Assembly (NCBI GenBank): GCA_040384485.1
Contig: JAZKJH010000002.1
Location: 22,235-86,234 of the forward strand
Reading direction: 5' to 3'
Length of the DNA: 64,000 bases
Origin: Patescibacteria group bacterium
GTDB taxonomy: Bacteria; Patescibacteriota; Minisyncoccia; Phycocordibacterales; DATDWN01
The notes under the pieces were generated by a model. That model was not told the DNA's origin, did no database searches, and worked only from the letters and a program-made list of their open reading frames with translations. Shown here piece by piece: positions 20,434-30,114 of this stretch. Position numbers and translations under genes: made by a program. Position 1 is the first letter of the stretch. Each line of letters starts with the position of its first letter.

Positions 20434-21132
20434 ATGAAAAATATAAAAATGTTCCAAAGTAATATAGTTCGCTCAATATTCGGAGCGGGAATGGTATTAA
20501 GTTTTGTTTTTGGAATAATGCTTCCATTAAGTGCATCTGCTGCTCCACTATATAGACAGCTGCAGCTTGGAATGCGAGGCGGAGACGTTTCTGATTTGCA
20601 AGTATTTCTTGCAACAAATCCAAGTATCTATCCTTCAGGATTGGTAACTGGTTATTTCGGTTCACTTACTCAGTCTGCTGTCCAAAGATTTCAGGCCGCA
20701 AATGGTATTGTGAGTTCAGGTACACCTAGCACAACTGGTTACGGACGCGTAGGTCCAACTACTATGGCCACAATAAACGCGCAAATGGGAGGTGGAGTTA
20801 CAACTGGTGTAGATAGAATGTCTCCAATTATCGGCGCAGTTACAGTGAGTGCTGGTAACAGCTCAAGTGTTATCAACTGGAACACAAGTGAGAATGCATC
20901 AGCAATAATTTATTACAGTACTTCACCACTATTTATGATGGAGGGAAGTGCAACTACTGGGGTAACTATCTCAGGAGCGAGTAACTTAGTTCACAGTGAT
21001 TTGAAAGCATCTCACTCTGCTAATCTTACTGGTCTACAAGCAAATACAACATATCACTATGTAGTATACGTAAGAGATGTAAATGGTAACGAAAGTATCA
21101 CATGGCCATCAACTTTCCGAACAACTAACTAG
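20434..21132 (+). CDS. Secreted peptidoglycan-binding plus FN3/purple-acid-phosphatase-N-like protein
   Basis: Signal peptide; LQLGMRGGDVSDLQ and TGYFGSLTQSAVQRFQ PG-binding motifs; LTGLQANTTYHY. Confidence 0.85.
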   Translation: MKNIKMFQSNIVRSIFGAGMVLSFVFGIMLPLSASAAPLYRQLQLGMRGGDVSDLQVFLATNPSIYPSGLVTGYFGSLTQSAVQRFQAANGIVSSGTPSTTGYGRVGPTTMATINAQMGGGVTTGVDRMSPIIGAVTVSAGNSSSVINWNTSENASAIIYYSTSPLFMMEGSATTGVTISGASNLVHSDLKASHSANLTGLQANTTYHYVVYVRDVNGNESITWPSTFRTTN

Positions 21133-21228
21133 ATGTTAGGTAGGTAACTAGAAAAACCACTACTTTAAGTGGTTTTTCTTTAGAAGATCTTGGGTTTAAA
21201 GATAAAATTATTTAATTAAAAAAAATTT

Positions 21229-22317
21229 ATGAGCACAAAACTTGTAGTAGGCTTGGTTATCGGAATCGCGGTGCTTCTCATGGGTTTTCTTTACTTCACC
21301 TCAGATTCATATGATAACGAAGTAGAGAACAACGTAGCTACCACAACCCCAGTAGATAATACTCCTGTGACAGGACAACCTTCTGTCCCAGTGGTGGTAA
21401 CTAGTGCATCCGTGTCAGCATCTGATAATGCAGTGATGGTTAACGGTACAGTTAATCCAAGAGGAGCCTTTACTACTTATTGGTATGAATATGGATTTAC
21501 AACAGCCTTGGGTTCTAAAACAAATAACCAAACAATTGGATCGGGATTTTCGTCCATTCAGGCTCCGATATAGATATCCAATGTTAAAAAAATTACCAGC
21601 TACTATTATAGACTCGTAGCGGAAAATGAGAACGGTCGGGTTTATGGTAGTCAGTATTCATTTAGAACCACTGACGGCGGGACGGCTCCAGTAGGCAGTA
21701 TTCCAACTCTTCGAACACTTTCCGCAAACAACATAACTCAAACAGGAGTTAAGATGAATGGAGAGGTTACACCTAACAGAGTGACAACTCAGTATTGGTT
21801 TGAGTACGGTAAAACTACATCTCTAGGAAATATTTCAGCATTTTCTTCTGCTGGGGATGGGACAGCTAGAGTTCCAGTTTCTGTTTCATTGGCTAACTTG
21901 GAGAGTGGCACTACGTACTATTTTAGATTGAATGCCCAAAATCAGTACGGAACTGTAAATGGTACTATCTTGAACTTTAAAACTGATGGACCTGCTCCAA
22001 GTACTACTCAATCCGCACCATCTGTAGTTACCAAGAACGCTACGGCTGTCACAGGAAGTACAGCAAAGCTCAACGCTACTGTTAGCCCAAACAACCTCTC
22101 TACTATATATTGGTTTGAATACAGTACAGACTCATTGCTAGGTGCATTGGTCGTTAAAACTACCAACCAAGTAACATTAGCTGAAATGCGTGACCCATCC
22201 AATGTATGGGCCGATGTAAGCAGCTTAGCCGGAAACACAACTTATTATTTCCGTGTAGTTGCAGAAAATAGTCGGGGAGTTGTTCGGGGGGAAAAATTAA
22301 CATTTAAAACAAACTAA
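21229..22317 (+). pseudogene. Membrane-anchored protein with three FN3-like repeats, interrupted by one in-frame TAG (21571-21573)
   Basis: ORFs 21229-21573 and 21754-22317 share a frame; the sequence after the TAG reads ISNVKKITSYYYRLVAEN, completing repeat 1. Confidence 0.75.
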
Positions 22318-22321
22318 ACAT

Positions 22322-22471
22322 ATGTTATCAACAATAGCAATTATTCTTGTAGTGCTTTGGTTACTAGGAATAGTAACATCGTACACTATAGGAGGATTTA
22401 TTCACGTATTACTTGTGGTCGCCATCATAATGGTACTACTCAGATTCATACGAGGAGAAAGAGTTTTATAG
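22322..22471 (+). CDS. lmo0937/DUF5670-family small membrane protein (49 aa, not in ORF track)
   Basis: MLSTIAIILVVLWLLGIVTSYTIGGFIHVLLVVAIIMVLLRFIRGERVL. Confidence 0.85.
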   Translation: MLSTIAIILVVLWLLGIVTSYTIGGFIHVLLVVAIIMVLLRFIRGERVL

Positions 22472-22517
22472 GTAACAGATTATAATAAAAACACCGGCTA
22501 AATAGTCGGTGTTTTTA

Positions 22518-23381
22518 TTATAATCTTTCCAAAATACTTTTTAGAATAGGTGTCTCCGGCTCTTCCAAGGAAGTATCGTCGGGAGAATCCTGCGTCTGCT
22601 GGTTTTTGTCATTAGTTTGGAGTGTTGTGTTTACTTCGGCATTTTTTTCAGTTGAGGTGCTCGTTTCTGTTACTATCCGAGATTCCATCATTAGTGTGGC
22701 ACTAGCCGGTTCAATTTTAGCGTCTTCTTCAGGGGTTTTTTTGTTCGAAGTATATTCTTTGTTATTTTTGTTACGTTTGTTGTCGTAATAATCAGCATTG
22801 TTTTCTTCAGTCTTTTTTTCTAAGATTTTATCAACTACGCCTTTGTACTTTGTTAGAGAACTTTCTATATTGATTTTTATCTTGTTTGCATTTTTTCTGT
22901 TACCTTGAGAGTTAAGTGTATTTATGTGCTCCACGGCATTTTTTATATCTGATTTAAAACCTGACTCTATATCCGCTTTCCTAGTACCGTCGAGTTTGTT
23001 AGCAGTTTGTAGTGTCTCTGCTTCCATAAGTCGGTTGTCGATATGTTTTATCTCTACTAAAGCTTTGGTTTCAGTATCAAAAGACATAAAAGATTCTAGC
23101 TTTTCATTCACATTTATCTTGACTGGGTACAGCAAATCTCCAGGAAGTGCGTATTGAGCAACAGAAGATGTTCCGCCGGTTACTGAGACAATAAGAACCA
23201 GCATCGCCATAGACCCCAAGAGCATTCTATGGGTAGCAAAAAAGGTATGGTAGAAAGGGGATGGTGTGGCTGCTTCCTTAACAGGATGTTGAGCCATGAA
23301 TGACTTGATAGAATTAAGTCCCGCAAGCTTTTCATCTTGGGTCATCTTCTCTTCTTTTATTTTTTTAAAAAAGTCTTTCAT
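22518..23381 (-). CDS. Putative anti-sigma factor (DUF5667-like)
   Basis: Single TM then ALPGDLLYPVK; immediately downstream of the ECF sigma gene. Confidence 0.75.
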   Translation of the reverse strand: MKDFFKKIKEEKMTQDEKLAGLNSIKSFMAQHPVKEAATPSPFYHTFFATHRMLLGSMAMLVLIVSVTGGTSSVAQYALPGDLLYPVKINVNEKLESFMSFDTETKALVEIKHIDNRLMEAETLQTANKLDGTRKADIESGFKSDIKNAVEHINTLNSQGNRKNANKIKINIESSLTKYKGVVDKILEKKTEENNADYYDNKRNKNNKEYTSNKKTPEEDAKIEPASATLMMESRIVTETSTSTEKNAEVNTTLQTNDKNQQTQDSPDDTSLEEPETPILKSILERL

Positions 23382-23385
23382 GTGT

Positions 23386-23919
23386 TTATTTGCTATTATT
23401 TTTGGATTCTAACAATTCCTTTAGTTTTTTTATGCCTCGATTGAGTCTTACCGAAATTACGTTGGGTGTTTCTCCAATTACTTCCGATATTTCTGTGACC
23501 GATAGTTCTTCGGCATACTTCATAAGTAGAACTGTAGAGTAAATTTGCGGGAGCTCTTGGATTACTTTCATGATCTCTTTTCCATCCAAATGGTTGGAGA
23601 GCACTTCCAATTCATTTATATCCAAACTTGGTTCAAAACCTTCTTCGTTTAGCCCATCCAAAGAGGAGGTTAGATGGTCCTTTCTTCCTCTTTTTCTGTA
23701 CTCGTCAATAACCAAGTGACCAGCTACTGTATATAAAAATGCCTTGGTGTTATCTATTGCTTGGTTTTTAGACATGTGGAGCCAGGTTTTCATAAAGGTC
23801 TCCTGAACCAGGTCCAGAGTCCTTTCTCGGTCATTTAGTTTAAAGAATATGAACCTGAATATTGCATCAGAATGCTGTTCATAGGCTATAAGAAAGGATT
23901 TTTCGAGATCTTGGTTCAT
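23386..23919 (-). CDS. ECF RNA polymerase sigma factor
   Basis: DLVQETFMKTW region 2; LSVTEISEVIG...VRLNRG region 4. Confidence 0.93.
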   Translation of the reverse strand: MNQDLEKSFLIAYEQHSDAIFRFIFFKLNDRERTLDLVQETFMKTWLHMSKNQAIDNTKAFLYTVAGHLVIDEYRKRGRKDHLTSSLDGLNEEGFEPSLDINELEVLSNHLDGKEIMKVIQELPQIYSTVLLMKYAEELSVTEISEVIGETPNVISVRLNRGIKKLKELLESKNNSK

Positions 23920-23926
23920 GTTTTTA

Positions 23927-23951
23927 GACGAAATAGCCCTCTATTTCTTAC
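23927..23951 (-). promoter_or_regulatory. Putative autoregulatory ECF promoter (leaderless position)
   Basis: GTAAG-N16-CGTC ending 7 nt before the sigma ATG. Confidence 0.75.
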
Positions 23952-24038
23952 GGCAAGAGCATTTTTTCACTTACATATTATAGCCTATTTTTGGAAAAAT
24001 AAAGCATTCTGGAAGCATGTTGTGTAATTTTATAAGCT

Positions 24039-24063
24039 GTAAGATGGCTAGCTTGCTGGCGTC
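24039..24063 (+). promoter_or_regulatory. Putative ECF-sigma promoter
   Basis: GTAAG-N16-CGTC. Confidence 0.7.
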
Positions 24064-24115
24064 AGTATAAACATGTCGATATTTAATAGTTAATTAATAT
24101 TGATATAACAAAAAT

Positions 24116-25027
24116 ATGAACAAAAAAAACAGCATTATAATCGGAGCGTTAGCTTTGGCAATTCTGGGAGTATCACCAAGCCAGACTAATGCTTTGAACC
24201 TAAACTTAAGTAATGAATCAGAAGTTAGAATTAACGATAAAATCGAATCTTACTTGGAATTAAAAGCAGATGCCAAGGAAGACGTTAGAAAGGATGGAGA
24301 AAGAATTAATAACGATAATGCCCGTGCCTCAGTTACTTTAGAGTCAAAAGCTAAGGTTGAGGACAAGAAGGAGATAAGGCAGGAAAATAGATTCGCTAAT
24401 TGGTTGAAGCAATTTATCAAGAAAGAAAACAAGGTCAATCAATTGAGAATTAATGGTGGCCATCTAGTGTCTGCAACATCAACAGCGAGTATTTCATGGA
24501 AGACCAATGTACAAGCTGAAGGATATGTTATGTTCAGCGAGGATAGAAATATAGCTACCTCAAGTACTAAAATTGTGAGTAGTACAGGACTAAGTACAGA
24601 ACACAAGGTTACACTAAGCGGTCTAAAACCTGGTACAGTTTATTACTATGCAATAGGTTCTAAGGATGCATCTGGTAAAGTTTTAGAAGAAAAGATAAAA
24701 AGCTTCAAAACTAAGAAAGAAGCAGTAGTAGAAAATGCCGCGTTGAAAGTATTGTTTGCGAACGAATTTAACATCGAAGCAACAAAAGCAAATGTTATCT
24801 GGATAACAAACAAGCCAACAAACTCTAAAATTTGGGTTAGTGCTACGAGTACAGTAGATACTACCGGTACACCTACACTAAGTTTTACAGAGATGTCGTA
24901 CTTTCATAACCTTAGTCTAGCTAACCTTGCTACTAGTACCACATACTACTATGTAGCTGGGGGAGTGGATGCTGAAGGTAACACGATTCTGAGTACAAAA
25001 GGATCATTTACTACAGAAGCGAGATAA
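24116..25027 (+). CDS. Secreted protein with two FN3-like domains
   Basis: Signal peptide; HKVTLSGLKPGTVYYY and HNLSLANLATSTTYYY. Confidence 0.8.
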   Translation: MNKKNSIIIGALALAILGVSPSQTNALNLNLSNESEVRINDKIESYLELKADAKEDVRKDGERINNDNARASVTLESKAKVEDKKEIRQENRFANWLKQFIKKENKVNQLRINGGHLVSATSTASISWKTNVQAEGYVMFSEDRNIATSSTKIVSSTGLSTEHKVTLSGLKPGTVYYYAIGSKDASGKVLEEKIKSFKTKKEAVVENAALKVLFANEFNIEATKANVIWITNKPTNSKIWVSATSTVDTTGTPTLSFTEMSYFHNLSLANLATSTTYYYVAGGVDAEGNTILSTKGSFTTEAR

Positions 25028-25124
25028 ATAAAATCTAATAACAAACAAAGCCCCGAAAGGGGTTTTGTTTTATGAATTCCAAAAAGTATTATGTTAAAAC
25101 CCGTCCTTGGACGGGTTCTAAGAA

Positions 25125-25328
25125 CTAGTTTCTCACATCTTTTATTTGAACTCGTACATGAGATTTAAAATTCTCTGTACCAAGTAATTCCTTCGAAACA
25201 TTGGCTTGAATTTTGTTTATCGCCTCGACTTTACTGGAAGCTGGGACGTTGGTTGTTCCCGAGGTTTGTCTTGGTTTGATCGTGGGATGTTTAAATCTCC
25301 ACTGACCCTCCCATGTACGTTGCTGCAT
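25125..25328 (-). CDS. Small hypothetical protein (cassette)
   Basis: TTGACA-N17-TATTTT, AGGAG SD, hairpin CCCGTCC/GGACGGG downstream. Confidence 0.6.
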   Translation of the reverse strand: MQQRTWEGQWRFKHPTIKPRQTSGTTNVPASSKVEAINKIQANVSKELLGTENFKSHVRVQIKDVRN

Positions 25329-25413
25329 ATACTACTCCTACTTACAAAATATTCAATTCCGCTGACTTTGTCAATGATGGTGTTACTTGGACACTTTATG
25401 CTATACTGATTGT

Positions 25414-27126
25414 ATGAAAATACTTGCTGCACAAATAAATATGGTTGTCGGTGATTTGGATGGTAATACTAAAAAAATTAGCGATATCGTGGATCAGTAC
25501 AAAAATGTGACGGATGTTCTTGTTTTTCCCGAGCTGTCTATAACAGGGTACCCACCGCTAGACCTCATCGAACAGTCAGGATTCTTCGAGGAACAGTATT
25601 CATGTTTAGAAAAAATTGCAGACTTAACTCAGGACAGTAACATAACGGTTATACTAGGTTATTTTGATAAACACGAAGGGAACGGTAAGCCGTTCCATAA
25701 CGGACTGGCAGTTTTGTCGAACGGAATTATTTCCCACAAATATTTTAAACGTTTGTTACCTACCTACAACATATTCGATGAAAGTAGACATTTTGAAGCA
25801 GGTAAAGATATTAAGGTTATAGAGATCCAAGGAATAAAAGTCGGGCTACTTATTTGTGAAGATATGTGGAACGACAAAGCTATTACAAATAATTTTATTT
25901 ATCCAATAAACCCTATAGAAGAAACTGTGAAAGCCGGTGCAGAAATATTAATAAGCATCAACGCTTCACCCTCTCAGGTAGGTAAACCGAGGTATCGTTT
26001 GGAGAAATTCGCTAAAATTACAAAAAACTATGGGGTGCCGCTGGTTTATGTAAACCAAGTTGGTGGCAATGATGATATTGTGTTTGACGGTACCAGCTTC
26101 GTAGCGGATGGAACGGGCTCCTTGGTTTCTGTGCTAAAGAGTTTTGAAGAGGATCAAGCTATTTTTGATATTATCAAAAATGACGAAAAAATATCTATAC
26201 AGGTCGTTAAAGGGGATGCGGTTTCAAGCACCTTACCAAAAACCTCTTCGGAGTTTTATTTCAAACAAATCGTTTTAGGGATAAGAGAATACATAAAAAA
26301 ATGTGGCTTTAAAAAGGTAGTAATTGCGTCGAGTGGTGGTGTGGATTCAGCTTTGGTGCTAGCGCTGGCAGTAGAGGCAGTGGGGGGAGAAAATGTTGTG
26401 GCTATCACTATGCCGTCTGCTGTCAGTTCTACCGGAAGTGTTACTGACTCTGAAAGGTTGTGTCAAAATTTGGGTGTAAAACTTTATAATTACGCTATCA
26501 AATCTCACGTGGATCTATTTATGGATGATTTTGCAAAATATATAAAGAAATCAGAAAAAAGTCTTACAGTAGAAAATATGCAAGCTCGTTTTCGAGGTAT
26601 GGTACTTATGGCATTTTCTAATGAATACCCTGAGTACTTACCTTTGACCACTGGAAATAAAAGTGAGTCAGCAGTGGGATACTGTACGTTGTATGGAGAT
26701 ATGAATGGTGGGCTAGCTCCAATTTCTGATTTGTATAAAACAGAGGTGTGGGATTTATGTCGGTATATCAATGATTTTCATGGTAAGGAAATAATTCCTA
26801 CTACTATTATTGATAAAGCTCCTTCTGCAGAATTGTACGATGGTCAAAAAGATACTGATTCGCTCCCACCTTATCCAGTACTCGATTCTATTCTTATTCC
26901 TTATATTGAAGGGAGGGCGATTGACCCTCAAGTACTAGAGCAGTGTAAAAAAATAGTTACTGAATCTGGTTTTACCGACTTTGCAAAAATTCATCGCATG
27001 GTTGATAGGGCAGAGTTCAAAAGGAGACAGGCTGCACCTACGATCCGTGTTCACGAGAAAGCTTGGGGTGCGGGTAGGAGATTTCCGATTGCTCAGAACC
27101 ATAAACCTTTCAATAATTTGATTTAG
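25414..27126 (+). CDS. nadE: Glutamine-dependent NAD+ synthetase
   Basis: Nitrilase triad motifs FPELS, FKRLLP, ICEDMW; SSGGVDS, ENMQAR, TGNKSE, PSAEL. Confidence 0.95.
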   Translation: MKILAAQINMVVGDLDGNTKKISDIVDQYKNVTDVLVFPELSITGYPPLDLIEQSGFFEEQYSCLEKIADLTQDSNITVILGYFDKHEGNGKPFHNGLAVLSNGIISHKYFKRLLPTYNIFDESRHFEAGKDIKVIEIQGIKVGLLICEDMWNDKAITNNFIYPINPIEETVKAGAEILISINASPSQVGKPRYRLEKFAKITKNYGVPLVYVNQVGGNDDIVFDGTSFVADGTGSLVSVLKSFEEDQAIFDIIKNDEKISIQVVKGDAVSSTLPKTSSEFYFKQIVLGIREYIKKCGFKKVVIASSGGVDSALVLALAVEAVGGENVVAITMPSAVSSTGSVTDSERLCQNLGVKLYNYAIKSHVDLFMDDFAKYIKKSEKSLTVENMQARFRGMVLMAFSNEYPEYLPLTTGNKSESAVGYCTLYGDMNGGLAPISDLYKTEVWDLCRYINDFHGKEIIPTTIIDKAPSAELYDGQKDTDSLPPYPVLDSILIPYIEGRAIDPQVLEQCKKIVTESGFTDFAKIHRMVDRAEFKRRQAAPTIRVHEKAWGAGRRFPIAQNHKPFNNLI

Positions 27127-27180
27127 TGTTAACAAAAAAAACTCCCTCTATGTTTATAGAGGGAGTTTTTTGTATTTCAC

Positions 27181-27429
27181 TTATTTTCTAACCGCCTTCA
27201 CTATTGCTATTAACACTATTGCACCTATTAGAGCGACAATAAAGCTGTAAACATTGAAGCCAGTTGTGCCTGATTCTCCGAGCATGTTCATAATCCATCC
27301 TCCAAGTACGGCACCTATAATACCAACTATTATATTCATTAAGGCACCTTGTTGTGCATCAGTTTTCATAATAAGTGATGCAATCCAACCAACCAGTGCT
27401 CCAAATATAATCCATAATATGAATCCCAT
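27181..27429 (-). CDS. GlsB/YeaQ/YmgE-family stress membrane protein
   Basis: [21 protein letters not shown]. Confidence 0.9.
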   Translation of the reverse strand: MGFILWIIFGALVGWIASLIMKTDAQQGALMNIIVGIIGAVLGGWIMNMLGESGTTGFNVYSFIVALIGAIVLIAIVKAVRK

Positions 27430-27465
27430 ATTTTTATATATTATTTAGTAAATTAATTTTAAGTT

Positions 27466-27981
27466 CTATTTCTGATACTGTCTTACTTCCTCCGCACCAT
27501 TTTCCATGAAGATATCCATTGCGCTTGCATCATCAGCTCTACTCACAACCAAGACTCCTCCTCTTCGAACATGGTTTTCATACAGCTTGGCATCCTCGTC
27601 AGAGACTCCTAGCTGGCTCAGTCCTCCAATAAGACCACCTGCAGCGGCTCCTGTAGCTGCTCCAGCGACTGTAGTGGCTGCAGCTCCAGATAGACCTAGT
27701 GCTGTTGCCAAAGGCCCAGCTACGAACAGTGTACCCAACCCAGGCAGAATACCATTGGCTACAACTAAGCCAGCTATCGTTCCTAACACTGCGCCTGTGG
27801 TTGCACCAGCTACTGCTCCACCACCTACTTTTTCTCCAGTTTGGCTATCCTTCACATCACCTTCATGGTCTTTATAAACACATGAAATATCTTTATCAGA
27901 GATATTAATATCTCTTAATTGGTTGATTACTTCTTCAGCTTTCGCTTTGTTAGGAAATACTCCACTAGTTATTGTTGTCAT
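27466..27981 (-). CDS. General stress protein with glycine zipper (YflT-like)
   Basis: GVF..AEEVINQL, Gly/Ala zipper, AGPL, YENHVRRGGVLV. Confidence 0.8.
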   Translation of the reverse strand: MTTITSGVFPNKAKAEEVINQLRDINISDKDISCVYKDHEGDVKDSQTGEKVGGGAVAGATTGAVLGTIAGLVVANGILPGLGTLFVAGPLATALGLSGAAATTVAGAATGAAAGGLIGGLSQLGVSDEDAKLYENHVRRGGVLVVSRADDASAMDIFMENGAEEVRQYQK

Positions 27982-28016
27982 ATTTTATTTATTTAGAATT
28001 AGATATTTTTTTGTAT

Positions 28017-28289
28017 TTAAGCACTGTGCCAATTATGGTTGTTGTTAGATTTTTTGAATTCATTCCATTCGTCTTCCAGATTGGTCCAGGCACTATCTAC
28101 ACTTCCTTTGAAATCATCCCACTTGTCTTCTGCCACATCCTGCCACTTGTCTAAGTTTCTTTTGAACTCATCTCTAGTGCTCTCATATTGAGAGCGCATG
28201 TTCGACTTCCACTTTGAAGCCTCTTTATCCATGTTTTCTATTTTTGATGAATATCTATTTACATAACTTTCTTGATCTCGATGTGTCAT
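28017..28289 (-). CDS. Small coiled-coil stress-type protein
   Basis: KWDDFKGSVDSAW amphipathic helix; first gene of the stress operon. Confidence 0.65.
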   Translation of the reverse strand: MTHRDQESYVNRYSSKIENMDKEASKWKSNMRSQYESTRDEFKRNLDKWQDVAEDKWDDFKGSVDSAWTNLEDEWNEFKKSNNNHNWHSA

Positions 28290-28307
28290 GGTTTTTATGG
28301 TTATTTG

Positions 28308-28368
28308 TAATGTATTAGATATTTAATCTAATTTTAATATTATATTAGATATATGCAACAAAAGTCAA
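28308..28368 (-). promoter_or_regulatory. Promoter with palindromic element shared with 17261-17320
   Basis: TTGACT-N18-TATAAT followed by ATTAGAT-taaat-ATCTAAT; 38/40 nt identical to 17281-17320. Confidence 0.7.
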
Positions 28369-28427
28369 TCAGATTTATCTACAGCATGTTAATATAAAGT
28401 TAATAAACTGTGGAAAAGAAAAAAGTC

Positions 28428-29237
28428 TTATTCACAGGCTGTAACTGAGCCGGATTCATAACCTTTATTAAAAGCAGAAATTCTTTGAGCTGAAGAACCA
28501 TGAGTCCAGGATTCTGGATTAACTCTACCTTGGGTTGTTGCTTGGATTCTATCGTCGCCTACAGCCGAAGCAGCATCAATGGCTTCATGTATTTCTCCAG
28601 GCTCAAACACTCCCAAATCTTTAATTGAGTATGCCCATAAACCAGCAAAACAATCCGCTTGCAATTCTGCTTGTATTGACTCGGCATTTGATTGGTCTTG
28701 TCTTAGTCCAAACAACTGTTGTTGAACATGGTGACCAACTTCATGAGCTATAACATATGCTTCGGCCACATCGCCACCAGTTGCACCAAAACGCCTTTGC
28801 AGCTCATCAAAAAAGGTTTCGTCCAGGTAGATAGTCTCGTCCAGTGGACAATAATGCGGGCCTACACTAGAGTCAGCCCCACCACATCCAGATGCAGTAC
28901 CTCCTCGAAACAGCACGAGTTTTGGCTCGTTATAAACTAAGTTATTTCTAGTAAAAACATCGGACCACATATCATTGGCTGAACCTAGTACAGTAGAAAC
29001 AAAAACTTCATATTCATCTGTTCCTTCAAAATCACTAGCGTTATACATCTGTGCATTTTGTGACGATACGTTTTGAAGCTGATTTAAAACATCACCCACA
29101 TCTCCACCCCCAAGAAAGTTCATAAGTAAAACTAGTACTATCCCTGTTATTCCTAAACCCCCGCCTATCATAGTGGCAGGGGATCCACGTCTATCTTCCA
29201 CATTTCCTCGGCCCCCAAGTTTGTTCCATATGGCCAT
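28428..29237 (-). CDS. Neutral zinc metallopeptidase (YpfJ-like)
   Basis: NVEDRRG, GPHYCP, AHEVGHHVQ, ELQADCFAG, WTHGSS. Confidence 0.92.
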   Translation of the reverse strand: MAIWNKLGGRGNVEDRRGSPATMIGGGLGITGIVLVLLMNFLGGGDVGDVLNQLQNVSSQNAQMYNASDFEGTDEYEVFVSTVLGSANDMWSDVFTRNNLVYNEPKLVLFRGGTASGCGGADSSVGPHYCPLDETIYLDETFFDELQRRFGATGGDVAEAYVIAHEVGHHVQQQLFGLRQDQSNAESIQAELQADCFAGLWAYSIKDLGVFEPGEIHEAIDAASAVGDDRIQATTQGRVNPESWTHGSSAQRISAFNKGYESGSVTACE

Positions 29238-29368
29238 AGTTTTTAAATGAGTTAAGCTTGTAAGTATATATCTTAAAACTTAATATATTTTTAATCAAGT
29301 TTACTTTTTTAAATATATAAAAATAGTCACTTTGTTTAAGAACAACAAAGTGACTATTCGTGTTTGAT

Positions 29369-29740
29369 TCAGGCAATATCCGATGGGTACATGAACTTTC
29401 CACCCGGGTATTTTCTGATTAGTTGAAAAAAAGAACGCAAATCATCTCGACCAGCCTCTGGTGTAAAGACGATAATGTCCAAAAGCTCATCTTTCCTGCT
29501 CGGTTCTTCCGAGCCACTCAAGAGCTGAATACCATTTGGTAGGTATTGCGCTGCGAGACGCACTAAGTGTGGATTGGCAGAAGGAGGAATTGCATGATGC
29601 ATGTAGGAACTGATGAGCGCCTTGAGTAGATCTGCAAGCGCTGCTGGCAATTCCTGGCTTCGCACACGTCCCTCAAGGTCTTGCCAGAACTCTGAGCGTA
29701 AAACAGTGAGAGGTTGTTCGCTAGTTGTGGTTGTTGTCAA
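29369..29740 (-). CDS. Hypothetical protein (cassette)
   Basis: GAGGAG SD, TTG start, TGA stop, terminator downstream. Confidence 0.6.
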   Translation of the reverse strand: MTTTTTSEQPLTVLRSEFWQDLEGRVRSQELPAALADLLKALISSYMHHAIPPSANPHLVRLAAQYLPNGIQLLSGSEEPSRKDELLDIIVFTPEAGRDDLRSFFQLIRKYPGGKFMYPSDIA

Positions 29741-29762
29741 CGTGTTCTCCTCGGAAAAGAAT

Positions 29763-30065
29763 CTATCTGCTGAAAATGAAATGAGCTTCGTAGTTTTCGT
29801 TATAGCCAGGTGAGTCGTACTTCACTTTCCATCCTGCTGCCCGGTATGCTTCTTCAACGTTCAGCCACTTACTTGAAAACCTGCGACTACCGTTCAGTTT
29901 TGCAATGATGAGTTTGGAAACTTCGGGAGTTTCGATTTTTGCCCTACCATCGGCAAAGTTTTGAGCGATGAGCTCATCGAAAGCCTCAAAGACCTCAGGT
30001 GGGAAACTTTCTCGCTGTCTTGCTCCAACCTCACTCGGCTTCATAGGTCCAGTACGTTTAGCCAT
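29763..30065 (-). CDS. Hypothetical protein resembling conserved small phage proteins (cassette)
   Basis: AAGGAGG SD; TTGACA-N16-TAATGT; WLNVEEAYRAAGWKVKYDSPGYNE. Confidence 0.75.
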   Translation of the reverse strand: MAKRTGPMKPSEVGARQRESFPPEVFEAFDELIAQNFADGRAKIETPEVSKLIIAKLNGSRRFSSKWLNVEEAYRAAGWKVKYDSPGYNENYEAHFIFSR

Positions 30066-30114
30066 TCGGCCTCCTTTGGAACATTACCATTTATATGAGA
30101 TATGTCAAATAAAA

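Noticed and set aside
21571-21573. Genome-wide stop-codon reassignment (code 25 or TAG recoding)
   Set aside because: TAG terminates many conserved genes (lysS, mreB, ftsI, nadE), and conserved genes are full length in code 11 without internal TGA.
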